Positions 36,932 to 46,255 of a stretch of DNA of 64,000 nucleotides are shown here, piece after piece. The translations under genes were made by a program, and so were the position numbers. Each line of letters opens with the position of its first letter. Position 1 is the stretch's first letter. The stretch comes from Oscillospiraceae bacterium (lineage in GTDB: Bacteria > Bacillota > Clostridia > Oscillospirales > CAG-382), in the NCBI GenBank assembly GCA_015064485.1, contig SVSD01000001.1, positions 24,989-88,988 on the forward strand. Reading direction: 5' to 3'. The notes beneath the pieces are model-generated. The model worked only from the letters and a program-made list of their open reading frames with translations, did not search any database and was not told where the DNA came from.

Positions 36932-37069
36932 TGCGTGTATGTGTCCCCGACACAGTATTGTGGACAAAAGCCTTACCGCCTTGCCGGTTTAAGAGGTCTT
37001 CACCCGCCCGATGCTTTGCCTGCGGACTTCATAACACAAAAATATTTTTTTGAAAGGTGGAAACACACT
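36932..37069 (+). promoter_or_regulatory. Structured rpsO 5' leader (candidate S15 autoregulatory element)
   Basis: GC-rich 138-nt leader. Hairpin TGTGTC-ccc-GACACA (36940-36954). A long imperfect hairpin within 36960-37003. A CCGC...GCGG stem before the SD (AAAGGTGG). Confidence 0.45.
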
Positions 37070-37336
37070 ATGATGCTCAAGGACGAAAAGCTCCAGATTA
37101 TCGAAACTTACAAGACACACGAAGGCGACACAGGTTCTCCCGAAGTTCAGATCGCTATTCTCACAGCTCGTATCAACTCTCTCACAGAACACCTTCGTGC
37201 AAACCACAACGACCATCACTCAAGACGCGGTCTTCTCAAGATGATCGGTCACAGAAGAAACCTTCTCGGTTATCTCCAGAAGAAAGACATCAATCGTTAC
37301 CGTGCAATCATCGAAAAGCTCGGTCTCAGAAAGTAA
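37070..37336 (+). CDS. rpsO: 30S ribosomal protein uS15
   Basis: Track ORF trimmed to ATG 37070. [32 protein letters not shown]...HHSRRGLL..., 88 aa. Confidence 0.95.
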   Translation: MMLKDEKLQIIETYKTHEGDTGSPEVQIAILTARINSLTEHLRANHNDHHSRRGLLKMIGHRRNLLGYLQKKDINRYRAIIEKLGLRK

Positions 37337-37398
37337 TTTCGAAACAAAAAGGGGCTGTTGCTGTATAGCGGCAGCCCTGTAAATGTATATTACGGTAT

Positions 37399-37469
37399 GG
37401 TAAAGATGCTTTTAGCATTTACAAATGCGCAAAAAACTTTTGCGTATCTGTAAGTGCTAAGATCTTACC
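37399..37469 (+). promoter_or_regulatory. Long intercistronic hairpin in the pnp leader (candidate RNase III/processing site)
   Basis: GGTAAAGATGCTTTTAGCATTTACA pairs with TGTAAGTGCTAAGATCTTACC. It encloses an inner ATGCGCAAAA/TTTTGCGTAT hairpin. About 71 nt of nearly continuous helix. Confidence 0.5.
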
Positions 37470-37505
37470 GCACCGTGTTATAAATAAATCAAACGGAGGA
37501 ACAAA

Positions 37506-39656
37506 ATGTTCAACGGTATTAAAAATTTTTTCAACAGCCTCCGCGACAAAAATGAAACGGAGGTAAAAGAAATGTTTGAAAATGCAAGAAAATTTTCATT
37601 TGACTTTATGGGCCGTCCCCTCGTTGTAGAAACAGGTAAGATCGCTCAGCTCGCCAACGGTTCCGCACTTGTGCGCTACGGCGAAACAGTTATCCTTGCA
37701 ACAGCAACAGCATCCGCCGCTCCCCGTGACGGCATCGATTTTCTCCCTCTCTCGGTTGATTTCGAAGAGAGACTTTATTCGGTAGGTAAGATCCCCGGAA
37801 GCTTTTTAAAGCGCGAAGGTAAGCCCAGCGAAAAGGCAGTGCTTACATCAAGAGTTATCGACAGACCTATCCGTCCGCTTTTCCCCAAGGATTTGCGCAA
37901 CGATGTTTGTCTTAACCTTCTCGTTCTTTCGGTAGATCCCGACAACTCCCCCGAAATTACAGCTATGATCGGTGCATCTATTGCCCTTTCTATTTCTGAT
38001 ATTCCGTGGAACGGACCTATCGCCGGCGTATTTATGGGACTTGTTGACGGCGAACTCGTTGTTAACCCCACAGCTGAACAGCGCGCAAAGAGCGAACTTG
38101 AACTTACTGTTGCCGGCAGCGAACAGAAAGTTGTTATGATCGAAGCAGGCGCTAAGGAAGTTCCTGAAGACAAGATGTTCGAAGCTATTATGAAGGCTCA
38201 TGAAGAGATCCGCAAGGTTGTTGAATTCATCAAGTCTATTCAGGCTGAAATCGGCAAGCCCAAGTTCTCTTATCCCTCCTGCGAAGTTGATCACGATATG
38301 TATGATGCAATAGCGGAGTTTGCTATCGAAAAGGTAAGAGCCGCTCTTGATACAGACGATAAAACTGTACGCGAAGAAAGACTTGCAGTTGTTTACGACG
38401 AAGTATTTACAAACTTCGAAGAAAAATATCCCGATTCAAAGGCTCAGATGTCCGAATGTCTTTACAAGCTCCAGAAGTTTGTTGTAAGAAGATGGCTTCT
38501 TGATGACGGCAAGCGTGTTGACGGCAGAAACCTCAACCAGATCCGTCCTCTTGCATCCGAAGTCGGACTTCTCCCCAGAACTCACGGTTCTGCTCTCTTT
38601 ACCCGCGGTCAGACACAGGTTCTCACAACTGTAACACTCGGCCCTGTAAGCGACCAGCAGCTTCTTGACGGTATTGACAACGAAGAATACAAGAGATATA
38701 TGCATCACTACAACTTCCCCGGCTACTCTGTCGGCGAAGCAAAGCCCACAAGAAGCCCCGGACGCCGCGAAATCGGTCACGGTGCTTTGGCTGAACGCGC
38801 ACTCGTTCCCGTTATTCCGGATGTTGAGACCTTCCCCTATGCACTTAGACTTGTTTCTGAAGTAGTTTCTTCCAACGGTTCTACATCTCAGGGCTCTATC
38901 TGTGCTTCCACACTTGCTCTTATGGATGCAGGTGTTCCGATCAAGGCTCCCGTTGCAGGTATCTCCTGCGGTCTTGTGACAGAAGGCGAAAGATGGATGA
39001 CTATGCTTGATATTCAGGGTCTTGAAGACTTCTTCGGCGATATGGACTTTAAGGTTGCAGGTACAAAGAAGGGTATTACAGCAATCCAGATGGACCTTAA
39101 GATCGACGGTCTTACACCCGAAATCATCAAGAGAGCCTTCGAACAGACAAGAGAAGGCCGTATGTATATCCTCGACGAGGTTATGCTCAAGGCTATTCCC
39201 GAACCCAGAGAAGATGTATCCAAATACGCTCCCAAGATGATCTCCACAAAGATAGATCCCGAAAAGATCCGTGAAGTAATCGGTTCCGGCGGAAAGGTTA
39301 TTCAGAAGATCTGTGCAGATACAGGCGCTAAAATCGACATTGAAGACGACGGTTCCGTATTTATTGCGGCAGTTGACAGAGATGCCGGCTATAAGGCTCT
39401 TGCAATCGTCAATGCAATCGCAAAGGATCCCGAAGTAGGTACAGAATTCGTAGGTAAGGTAACACGCCTTATGACATTCGGCTGCTTTGTTGAATACGCT
39501 CCCGGCAAGGAAGGTCTTGTTCATATCTCCAAGCTTGACAAAAAGCGTGTTGAAAAGGTAGAAGATGTAGTTTCTGTTGGTGACGAGATCCGTGTTAAGG
39601 TTGTCGAAATCGACGATAAGGGCAGAATCAACCTCTCGAGAAAAGATTGCCTTTAA
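37506..39656 (+). CDS. pnp: Polyribonucleotide nucleotidyltransferase (PNPase)
   Basis: 716 aa. Two RNase PH domains plus KH and S1 domains. GGAGG RBS. Confidence 0.96.
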   Translation: MFNGIKNFFNSLRDKNETEVKEMFENARKFSFDFMGRPLVVETGKIAQLANGSALVRYGETVILATATASAAPRDGIDFLPLSVDFEERLYSVGKIPGSFLKREGKPSEKAVLTSRVIDRPIRPLFPKDLRNDVCLNLLVLSVDPDNSPEITAMIGASIALSISDIPWNGPIAGVFMGLVDGELVVNPTAEQRAKSELELTVAGSEQKVVMIEAGAKEVPEDKMFEAIMKAHEEIRKVVEFIKSIQAEIGKPKFSYPSCEVDHDMYDAIAEFAIEKVRAALDTDDKTVREERLAVVYDEVFTNFEEKYPDSKAQMSECLYKLQKFVVRRWLLDDGKRVDGRNLNQIRPLASEVGLLPRTHGSALFTRGQTQVLTTVTLGPVSDQQLLDGIDNEEYKRYMHHYNFPGYSVGEAKPTRSPGRREIGHGALAERALVPVIPDVETFPYALRLVSEVVSSNGSTSQGSICASTLALMDAGVPIKAPVAGISCGLVTEGERWMTMLDIQGLEDFFGDMDFKVAGTKKGITAIQMDLKIDGLTPEIIKRAFEQTREGRMYILDEVMLKAIPEPREDVSKYAPKMISTKIDPEKIREVIGSGGKVIQKICADTGAKIDIEDDGSVFIAAVDRDAGYKALAIVNAIAKDPEVGTEFVGKVTRLMTFGCFVEYAPGKEGLVHISKLDKKRVEKVEDVVSVGDEIRVKVVEIDDKGRINLSRKDCL

Positions 39657-39683
39657 TTATTAATAAATTATATCCCTATAAAA

Positions 39684-39708
39684 AGCCCTGATTTTCAGGG
39701 CTTTTTTT
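39684..39708 (+). terminator. Intrinsic terminator after pnp
   Basis: Stem AGCCCTGA/TCAGGGCT followed by T7. Confidence 0.85.
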
Positions 39709-39870
39709 CTATCTTAAAATAATTTTATTGTGTTGTAACTTTGATAATTAACAAATAATTCTTATACGAAAACACCTATTGCATTTTGCGCCGCAACAGG
39801 TGTTTTTTTCAGTATAAAAATTGAAGCTATAAAATATAATTTAACACAACCACAAGAAAGGAGAATACAT

Positions 39871-40050
39871 ATGAACAAAAAAGTATTAATTTCTTCTTTT
39901 CTCATAATCGTATGCGCCTTTTTCATACGGTTTTCAGACAGCAAAGGAACAAGCGTTATGACATTTTCCGGAGGAGGAGATTTTAAGAAAAGCGTAACAC
40001 TTGAGGACTTTGCAAACAACTTGTATTTAAAGAATGTGTCAGATAATTGA
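39871..40050 (+). CDS. Small membrane/secreted protein (59 aa), unknown family
   Basis: Just below the track cut-off. Strong RBS AAAGGAGAA 7 nt before the ATG. MNKKVLISSFLIIVCAFFIRF... hydrophobic N-terminus. Its stop TGA (40048-40050) overlaps the TTG start (40047) of the M50 protease gene. Confidence 0.65.
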   Translation: MNKKVLISSFLIIVCAFFIRFSDSKGTSVMTFSGGGDFKKSVTLEDFANNLYLKNVSDN

Positions 40051-40652
40051 AGATTTTAAAACACTTTTCCCTCGGAAATATAAGAGTAAACATTCATTTC
40101 CTCTCGCCTCTTTCGGTCTTTGCGCTGATTTTTGCAGAAAGCAGTATCTATTCTTTTGTCGTACTTTTTTGTGCCCTCATTCACGAAATGGGGCATATTG
40201 CGGCAATATATTTCTTAAAAGCAGGCATATCTGAAATCTCCCTTCTCCCCTTCGGGGCGGAAATTAAAATGAAAAATACCGTCGGATACCTTTACGATTT
40301 TATAATAGCAATCTCAGGGCCGTTTTCAAACATTATCCTTGGCGGGATCTTTTGGAGTATTTATCTTTTATGCCCACATCCCGTTCCTCTTTTCGGGCTG
40401 ATTTCATCCCTTTTTCTTGCCGCAATAAACCTTGTTCCCGTTAAAAGTTTTGATGGCGGAAGATGTGTGCGATCGCTTGCTTTTTCTCTTATGGAATATG
40501 AAAAAGCTCTGAGATTTATAAAAATCACAGAGCTTTTATCTTTGATAGTATTAACATTTCTTTCGTTTCTGGCTGTAAGATATTCATATTTCAACATATC
40601 TCTTTGCGCCATCTGTATTTATCTTTTTGTATGCGTTTATTCAGCTCAGTGA
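40047..40652 (+). CDS. M50 site-2 metalloprotease, SpoIVFB-like, short form (no CBS domain)
   Basis: 201 aa. HEMGH zinc motif in a TM helix and NLVPVKSFDGG (NxxPxxxxDG) motif. TTG start. Confidence 0.82.
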   Translation: MKILKHFSLGNIRVNIHFLSPLSVFALIFAESSIYSFVVLFCALIHEMGHIAAIYFLKAGISEISLLPFGAEIKMKNTVGYLYDFIIAISGPFSNIILGGIFWSIYLLCPHPVPLFGLISSLFLAAINLVPVKSFDGGRCVRSLAFSLMEYEKALRFIKITELLSLIVLTFLSFLAVRYSYFNISLCAICIYLFVCVYSAQ

Positions 40653-41348
40653 ACTGTTGCTGTCAAGTGCCGAGCGTAGATTAATTATACCCACATAATT
40701 TTCTCCCGCAATAACAAAATGCTCAACAAGCTTAACTCCTACCATTTCAAGAGCCATACGGCACGAATTTGTAACATTGAGGTCGTTATTTGACGGAATC
40801 GCAACCCCGCCCGGATGATTATGTGCCATCATAACGCAGGATGCATTTGTTGATATGGCCTTCGATAACAGTTTTTTCATACTCACCTGCGTGGAATTTA
40901 TATCGCCTTTGCTCATATTCACACAATCTATTATCCTCATCGAATTATCGAGAAAAGCCACATAAAATTCTTCTGTAGAAGAACCGATAAATCTTGCGGA
41001 AAAATATTCTCCCGCCTCTCTGAAGCCGGCTAAGGTTTTTCTTTCGCGCTCGAGGTCGCACATATACGCACGGGCAAGCTGCGGCATCATCTTTATAAGG
41101 ATAGCTGTGTGTTCGGATACACCTTTCACTTTGCACAAATCCTCAACCGATGCATCAAAAACCGCCGATATAGAGCCGAATGTGTTTAAAAGCTCATGTC
41201 CGAGCGGATTTGTATCCACTCTCGGAAGAGCATAGTATAAAAGAAATTCGAGTTTCTCGTGGTCGTTGAATTTATCAAGACCCATCTCAAGGAAACGGGC
41301 TTTCATTCTTTTTCTGTGGTCTGTGTGTAAATTTTCCTTATTGCTCAT
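40641..41348 (-). CDS. radC: RadC-like JAB/MPN domain protein
   Basis: 235 aa. HhH-like N-terminal half and an AHNHPGG JAB motif. Its ATG overlaps the rpoD2 stop (ATGA). Confidence 0.88.
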   Translation of the reverse strand: MSNKENLHTDHRKRMKARFLEMGLDKFNDHEKLEFLLYYALPRVDTNPLGHELLNTFGSISAVFDASVEDLCKVKGVSEHTAILIKMMPQLARAYMCDLERERKTLAGFREAGEYFSARFIGSSTEEFYVAFLDNSMRIIDCVNMSKGDINSTQVSMKKLLSKAISTNASCVMMAHNHPGGVAIPSNNDLNVTNSCRMALEMVGVKLVEHFVIAGENYVGIINLRSALDSNSSLS

Positions 41349-42496
41349 TCTCCGCCAAATTCCTTAAACATCTTTATGCGGCTGGGATGGCGAAGCTTTC
41401 TTAACGCCTTTGCCTCTATCTGACGAATTCTTTCACGGGTGATATTGAATTCTTCTCCGACCTCTTCAAGCGTTCTGATTCTGCCGTCGATAAGGCCGAA
41501 ACGCATTTTTATAACGCTTGCTTCTCTCGGATTTAAGCTATCAAGGGCTTCCATAATTTTTTCCCTTAATATCTTGCGAGAAACTATCTGTTCGGGATCG
41601 GGAGCATTCGCATCGGGTATAAAATCACCGATAACGCTGTCTTCTTCCTTGCCCACACGCTCTTCAAGGCTTATGGGATCCTGCGCATATTTAATTATTT
41701 CACGAACCTTCTCAACAGAACAACCCATTTCCTCTGCAATTTCATAATCGTTGGGTTCTCTGCCGAGTCTTTGCATCGCAGTGCGTGATATCTGTCTTAA
41801 TTTATTTATTTTTTCTACGATATGTACGGGAAGCGGAATAGTTCTTCCGTGAACCGAGATGGATCTTGTTATTGCTTGACGGATCCACCATGTGGCGTAT
41901 GTTGAAAATTTATAACCCTTTGTATAATCAAATTTTTCAACTGCCTTCATAAGGCCGATATTACCTTCCTGTATAAGGTCAAGGAAAGGCATGCCTCTGC
42001 CGGTATATTTTTTTGCAATACTTACAACAAGCCTGAGGTTACTTTCGATGATTTCAGCCTTTGCTTCTTCATCTCCGTTTGCCATTCTTTCTGCAAGCTC
42101 GAATTCACGCTCTGTGCTGAGAAGCTGGATTTTGCCTATATCCTTAAGATAAACTCTTACGGAATCGTTTACGACAGTATTGTCACCGGCAAGTTCATCC
42201 TCGTTTGTTTCCTCGAAGTTCTCGGAAGATTCGTCTGTCTGCTCTGTGCTTAAAACTTCGTCGAGAAAAGCTTCTTCTTCGGTAAAATCGGTAATCTCGA
42301 TACCCTTGCTTTCGAGGGTATCATAAAGCATTTCTATCTGCTCTATTGTGATATTCGAGTCCTCTATGCAGTCAAGAATATCGGCACTTGCAAGACTTCC
42401 TGTGCCTTTTGCCCTTTCTGTAAGTATTTCTGCCAAAGTTGTAACTATGCTGTTGTCCGGAGATGCGCTTTTTTTCTTTGATGCAGATTTTGCCAT
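41345..42496 (-). CDS. Group-1-like sigma-70 paralogue (second RpoD-type sigma factor)
   Basis: 383 aa with full regions 1.1-4.2. Regions 2 and 4.2 are nearly identical to the upstream RpoD. Diverges at [18 protein letters not shown] (canonical [18 protein letters not shown]) and in region 3.2. Confidence 0.85.
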   Translation of the reverse strand: MAKSASKKKSASPDNSIVTTLAEILTERAKGTGSLASADILDCIEDSNITIEQIEMLYDTLESKGIEITDFTEEEAFLDEVLSTEQTDESSENFEETNEDELAGDNTVVNDSVRVYLKDIGKIQLLSTEREFELAERMANGDEEAKAEIIESNLRLVVSIAKKYTGRGMPFLDLIQEGNIGLMKAVEKFDYTKGYKFSTYATWWIRQAITRSISVHGRTIPLPVHIVEKINKLRQISRTAMQRLGREPNDYEIAEEMGCSVEKVREIIKYAQDPISLEERVGKEEDSVIGDFIPDANAPDPEQIVSRKILREKIMEALDSLNPREASVIKMRFGLIDGRIRTLEEVGEEFNITRERIRQIEAKALRKLRHPSRIKMFKEFGGE

Positions 42497-42523
42497 TGCT
42501 GTGTCTCCTTATCCTGTTATTTT

Positions 42524-43222
42524 TTATTTCGAGAGTATTTCTTTTACAATAAATGCTGCTCTTTTTGCCGCTACAGTTTCAAAGCTTTCAAAAGATGCAT
42601 CGGCATCTTCATCCGCGAAATCGGATATTGCTCGTATTATTACAAACGGGATACCGTTTACTTTTGCAGAATGTGCAACCGCCGCCCCTTCCATTTCGGT
42701 ACAGAGGGCGTCAAAATCATCTCTTAACTGTTTTGCCTTTTGAGCCGAGTTTACAAAGCAGTCGCCCGATACAATCGTACCCACAAACGAATTGAAAGTA
42801 TCCTTTCCCTCTTCTTCGAGGTTTTTATTAAGAGTACGACATGCCAAAACAGCTTTTTCAACCATTTTTTCATCGGCTTCCATCATACTTCCGTAAGGCG
42901 GATTTCTGTCGAGAATATCGATTGGGTTGAAATCGTGATATGTAAGTCTTTTTGATATTACAATATCCAGTTTTGAAAGATCTTCGGAAATTCCTCCTGC
43001 GACGCCGGAATTTATAATGCAGTCAACAGAGAAAATATCAACAAGCCTTTGAACTGCAATTGCCGCATTAACCTTCCCAATACCGCTCTTACAGATATAT
43101 ATTTCCTTGCCGCCGAAAGATCCTTTGAATATGCCCTTGATGTCCGTGTCAACAGCATTAAAATCACGGCAAAATGTTTCGACTTCGCTTTCCATCGCGC
43201 CAATAAGTCCGATTCTTTTCAT
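42524..43222 (-). CDS. mtnN: 5'-methylthioadenosine/S-adenosylhomocysteine nucleosidase
   Basis: 232 aa. IGLIGAMESE N-terminus, SGVAGG, and EMEGAAVA motifs. Confidence 0.92.
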   Translation of the reverse strand: MKRIGLIGAMESEVETFCRDFNAVDTDIKGIFKGSFGGKEIYICKSGIGKVNAAIAVQRLVDIFSVDCIINSGVAGGISEDLSKLDIVISKRLTYHDFNPIDILDRNPPYGSMMEADEKMVEKAVLACRTLNKNLEEEGKDTFNSFVGTIVSGDCFVNSAQKAKQLRDDFDALCTEMEGAAVAHSAKVNGIPFVIIRAISDFADEDADASFESFETVAAKRAAFIVKEILSK

Positions 43223-43234
43223 ACTGTTTTCTCC

Positions 43235-44386
43235 TTAATCAAGATAATCTTTAAGTTTCTTGGAACGGCTGGGGTGACGGAGCTTTCTTAACGCTTTTGC
43301 TTCTATCTGACGGATTCTTTCACGGGTAATATTAAATTCAAGTCCGACTTCCTCAAGCGTTCTTGTTCTGCCGTCTTCAAGCCCGAATCTTAATTTCAAA
43401 ACTTCTTCTTCCCTGGGGCTTAATGTATGAAGAACTTCAGAAAGCTGTTCTCGCAAGAGTGTCTGGGATGCAGCCTCAGCAGGAGCAAGCGCGTCATCGT
43501 CAGGTATAAAATCGCCGAGATGGCTGTCTTCTTCTTCACCGATAGGAGTTTCAAGGCTGACGGGTTCCTGTGCAAGTTTCATTATCTCTCTCACTTTTTC
43601 GGGGGAAAGATTCATCTCTTTTGCAATTTCTTCAGTAGTAGCTTCTCTGCCGAGTTCCTGCAAAAGCTGTCTTGAAACGCGAAGCACCTTGTTTATGGTT
43701 TCGACCATATGAACAGGGATACGGATGGTTCTTGCCTGGTCGGCAATTGCTCTTGTTATTGCCTGACGGATCCACCAAGTAGCATATGTTGAAAATTTAT
43801 AGCCCTTTGTATAGTCGAATTTTTCAACAGCCTTCATAAGGCCGAGATTTCCTTCCTGAATAAGATCAAGGAAAAACATTCCCCTGCCTACATATCTCTT
43901 TGCAATACTTACAACAAGACGAAGATTGCTTTCGACAAGAATGCTTTTTGCTTCTTCGTCGCCGTTTGCCATTCTTTCGGCAAGAGCGAGTTCTCTTTCA
44001 GTATCAAGAAGATCTACCTTTCCTATTTCTTTGAGATACATACGCACGGGATCGTCTATCATTGTATCGTGCGAAAAAGTTGCCTCGTCGTTTTCTTCCC
44101 GGTCTTCATAATCACTTAGAGTTTCCGCGGAAATTTCAGAGAGAGTCAAATCGTCATCCGCATATCCGACAACTTCAACTCCCGCCTCTTCAAGAGTTTC
44201 ATAAAGCTTTTCAATCTGTTCAACATCAAGATCTGTTTCGTCAATATATTCAAGAACCTCTTCGGTTGTAAGATGTCCTTTTGCTTTACCTTTTTCAATG
44301 AGCTGAAGAAGTTCGTTTTTCTTTTCTTTTACTGCGCCGTTCTTTTCGGCATTCTTTGCTTTGTCATTTGCCTTTGATTTTGCCAT
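43235..44386 (-). CDS. rpoD: RNA polymerase primary sigma factor
   Basis: 383 aa. Canonical [29 protein letters not shown] and region 4.2 [31 protein letters not shown]. Directly downstream of dnaG. Confidence 0.95.
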   Translation of the reverse strand: MAKSKANDKAKNAEKNGAVKEKKNELLQLIEKGKAKGHLTTEEVLEYIDETDLDVEQIEKLYETLEEAGVEVVGYADDDLTLSEISAETLSDYEDREENDEATFSHDTMIDDPVRMYLKEIGKVDLLDTERELALAERMANGDEEAKSILVESNLRLVVSIAKRYVGRGMFFLDLIQEGNLGLMKAVEKFDYTKGYKFSTYATWWIRQAITRAIADQARTIRIPVHMVETINKVLRVSRQLLQELGREATTEEIAKEMNLSPEKVREIMKLAQEPVSLETPIGEEEDSHLGDFIPDDDALAPAEAASQTLLREQLSEVLHTLSPREEEVLKLRFGLEDGRTRTLEEVGLEFNITRERIRQIEAKALRKLRHPSRSKKLKDYLD

Positions 44387-44415
44387 TATTTGTCTACCTT
44401 TCTGAAGGGGTGCTG

Positions 44416-46224
44416 TTAATCCTTTTTGTCTGTGTTTCGCTTTGCTTTCAAGTATGAGGCAAGTTCATCCACCGTTATATCCCCGGCTTTTTTTGCCGTT
44501 TCTTTCTCTTTTTCTTTTTTTAGTGCTCCGATAAGCTCTGAAAGTGTCGAAATGTCGTTTACTGTAAGCTCACGGCGCTTACGGTACATCGAATGAATTC
44601 TTCCCATCTGTTCGGGACTGAAAAACTCATTAAGATCCGATATTTCAAATACTTCGGACTCACTGTATATTTTTTTCAAAGCCGAAAATACATTTTTATT
44701 AAAATCGGTTATAAAATCGCTTTCATTCAATGTATCTTCGGAAATTTTTGACATATATTCGGGATAAAGCAAAAGTATTCCGATTATCTGTTCTTCGGCG
44801 GAGGCACCTTTGATGTTTTTCATAGCATCCGGATTTATCCTGTCGCCGTAGCGTCTGAGTGTATCCTCGGTGGTTTTAAGGAATTTTCTTTTTTCCTCTC
44901 TGCCGTTTTGCCTTATTCTCTTTTTGACTTCCGAAAGAATTGCTTCCTTATCCGTTCCGCTCATCTGCGAAAGCCGCATTGCGTAAACATCTCTTTTAAT
45001 ATCAGAACCGATCGTCGCAATAAGCGAACACGCTTCCTGAAGCATCGAAACTCTCTCGTCGGGAATTTCTATATTGTATTTTGAAATTATTTCGTTTAAC
45101 CGGTAATCAATTTGTCCCGATGCTCCCGTCATAAGCTTCCGAAAGCTCTCAGCTCCGTATTTTTTGATATATTCGTCAGGGTCTTTTGCCCCCGTAACCT
45201 TTAATATCTTGACATCGACACCGACTTCATTCATATACTTTATCGCCTTTTCATCGGCTCTTTTTCCTGCAGCATCAGAATCATAAGAAACATAAAGCGT
45301 CTTTGCATATCTTGCGATAAGTCTTGCCTGATCGGGCGTAATCGCAGTTCCAAGTGTTGCAACAGCTCCCGAAAAGCCTGCCTGATGAAGGGCAATAACA
45401 TCCATATATCCCTCGCAAAGGATAAGTTCGCCAGATTTTGCCTTATCGGAATTTGCATTTCCTACGCAGGAATTCTTCGCATAATTCAGAGCAAACAGGT
45501 TGTCCTTCTTTTTAAAAACAGGAGTATCGGATGAGTTTAAGTATTTCGGAAGACTTCCGTCCATAACTCTGCCGCCGAAGGCAATAACCCTTCCCGAAGT
45601 ATCGATTATCGGGAACATTACACGGTTTCGGAACATATCAAAAGGAGTACCTTTTTTTGATATTCCGCAAAGGAAAGCCGCCTTCATTTCATCTACTGTA
45701 AAACCCTTTTCAAGAAGGAGCTTGTAAAGATCGTCAAAAGAGTTTTTTGCATATCCAAGACCGAATCTTCGGATCGTTGCAGGCGAAAGACCTCTGTCAA
45801 GGAAATACTGCAAAGCCTCTTTCCCGTCTTCGGATATAAGGTTATCGTGATAATGCCTTGCGGCAATTTTATTCATCTCATAATTCCGTTCTCTTGAAAG
45901 GACTTCCTTTTCTTTACGGACAAAAAATCCTTCATCCTTCGGAACGGGTATCCCCGCAGCATCCGCAAGATACTGTACCGCACTTTGATAATCGAGATTT
46001 TCAATTCGCATTATAAAAGTAATAACATCCCCGCCGGCTCCGCATCCGAAGCAGTAAAAATTCTTTTCGGGGAACACTGTAAAAGAAGGGGTGCGTTCAC
46101 TGTGAAAAGGACAGCAGCCGACCATATTGCTTCCGGCTCTTTTTAAGTCCACATATCTTCCAATAACCGTTTCAAGGTCATTTCTCATCTTTATCTCTTC
46201 GATGAATGTTTTCGGATATGCCAC
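44416..46224 (-). CDS. dnaG: DNA primase
   Basis: 602 aa. [11 protein letters not shown] zinc finger and TOPRIM EGYMDV. Confidence 0.95.
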   Translation of the reverse strand: MAYPKTFIEEIKMRNDLETVIGRYVDLKRAGSNMVGCCPFHSERTPSFTVFPEKNFYCFGCGAGGDVITFIMRIENLDYQSAVQYLADAAGIPVPKDEGFFVRKEKEVLSRERNYEMNKIAARHYHDNLISEDGKEALQYFLDRGLSPATIRRFGLGYAKNSFDDLYKLLLEKGFTVDEMKAAFLCGISKKGTPFDMFRNRVMFPIIDTSGRVIAFGGRVMDGSLPKYLNSSDTPVFKKKDNLFALNYAKNSCVGNANSDKAKSGELILCEGYMDVIALHQAGFSGAVATLGTAITPDQARLIARYAKTLYVSYDSDAAGKRADEKAIKYMNEVGVDVKILKVTGAKDPDEYIKKYGAESFRKLMTGASGQIDYRLNEIISKYNIEIPDERVSMLQEACSLIATIGSDIKRDVYAMRLSQMSGTDKEAILSEVKKRIRQNGREEKRKFLKTTEDTLRRYGDRINPDAMKNIKGASAEEQIIGILLLYPEYMSKISEDTLNESDFITDFNKNVFSALKKIYSESEVFEISDLNEFFSPEQMGRIHSMYRKRRELTVNDISTLSELIGALKKEKEKETAKKAGDITVDELASYLKAKRNTDKKD

Positions 46225-46255
46225 ATAACCCCCCCTTTCTCTTAATTCTTAAAAA

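Noticed and set aside
36935-37069. N-terminal extensions of track ORFs. Examples: rpsO from 36935, rplN to 9592, rpmD to 6219, rpmC to 10130, pgeF to 23593, scfB from 30941, luxS from 26967, and the DUF4190 gene from 19349.
   Set aside because: The conserved protein N-termini begin at internal ATGs that have proper SD sequences. Several of the extensions cross promoters or terminators or overlap the preceding gene.
39762-40019. The 85-aa minus-strand track ORF upstream of the M50 protease.
   Set aside because: It is antisense to a 59-aa plus-strand ORF that has a strong SD and is translationally coupled to the protease. The minus-strand ORF has no RBS, and its translation looks like a shadow product.
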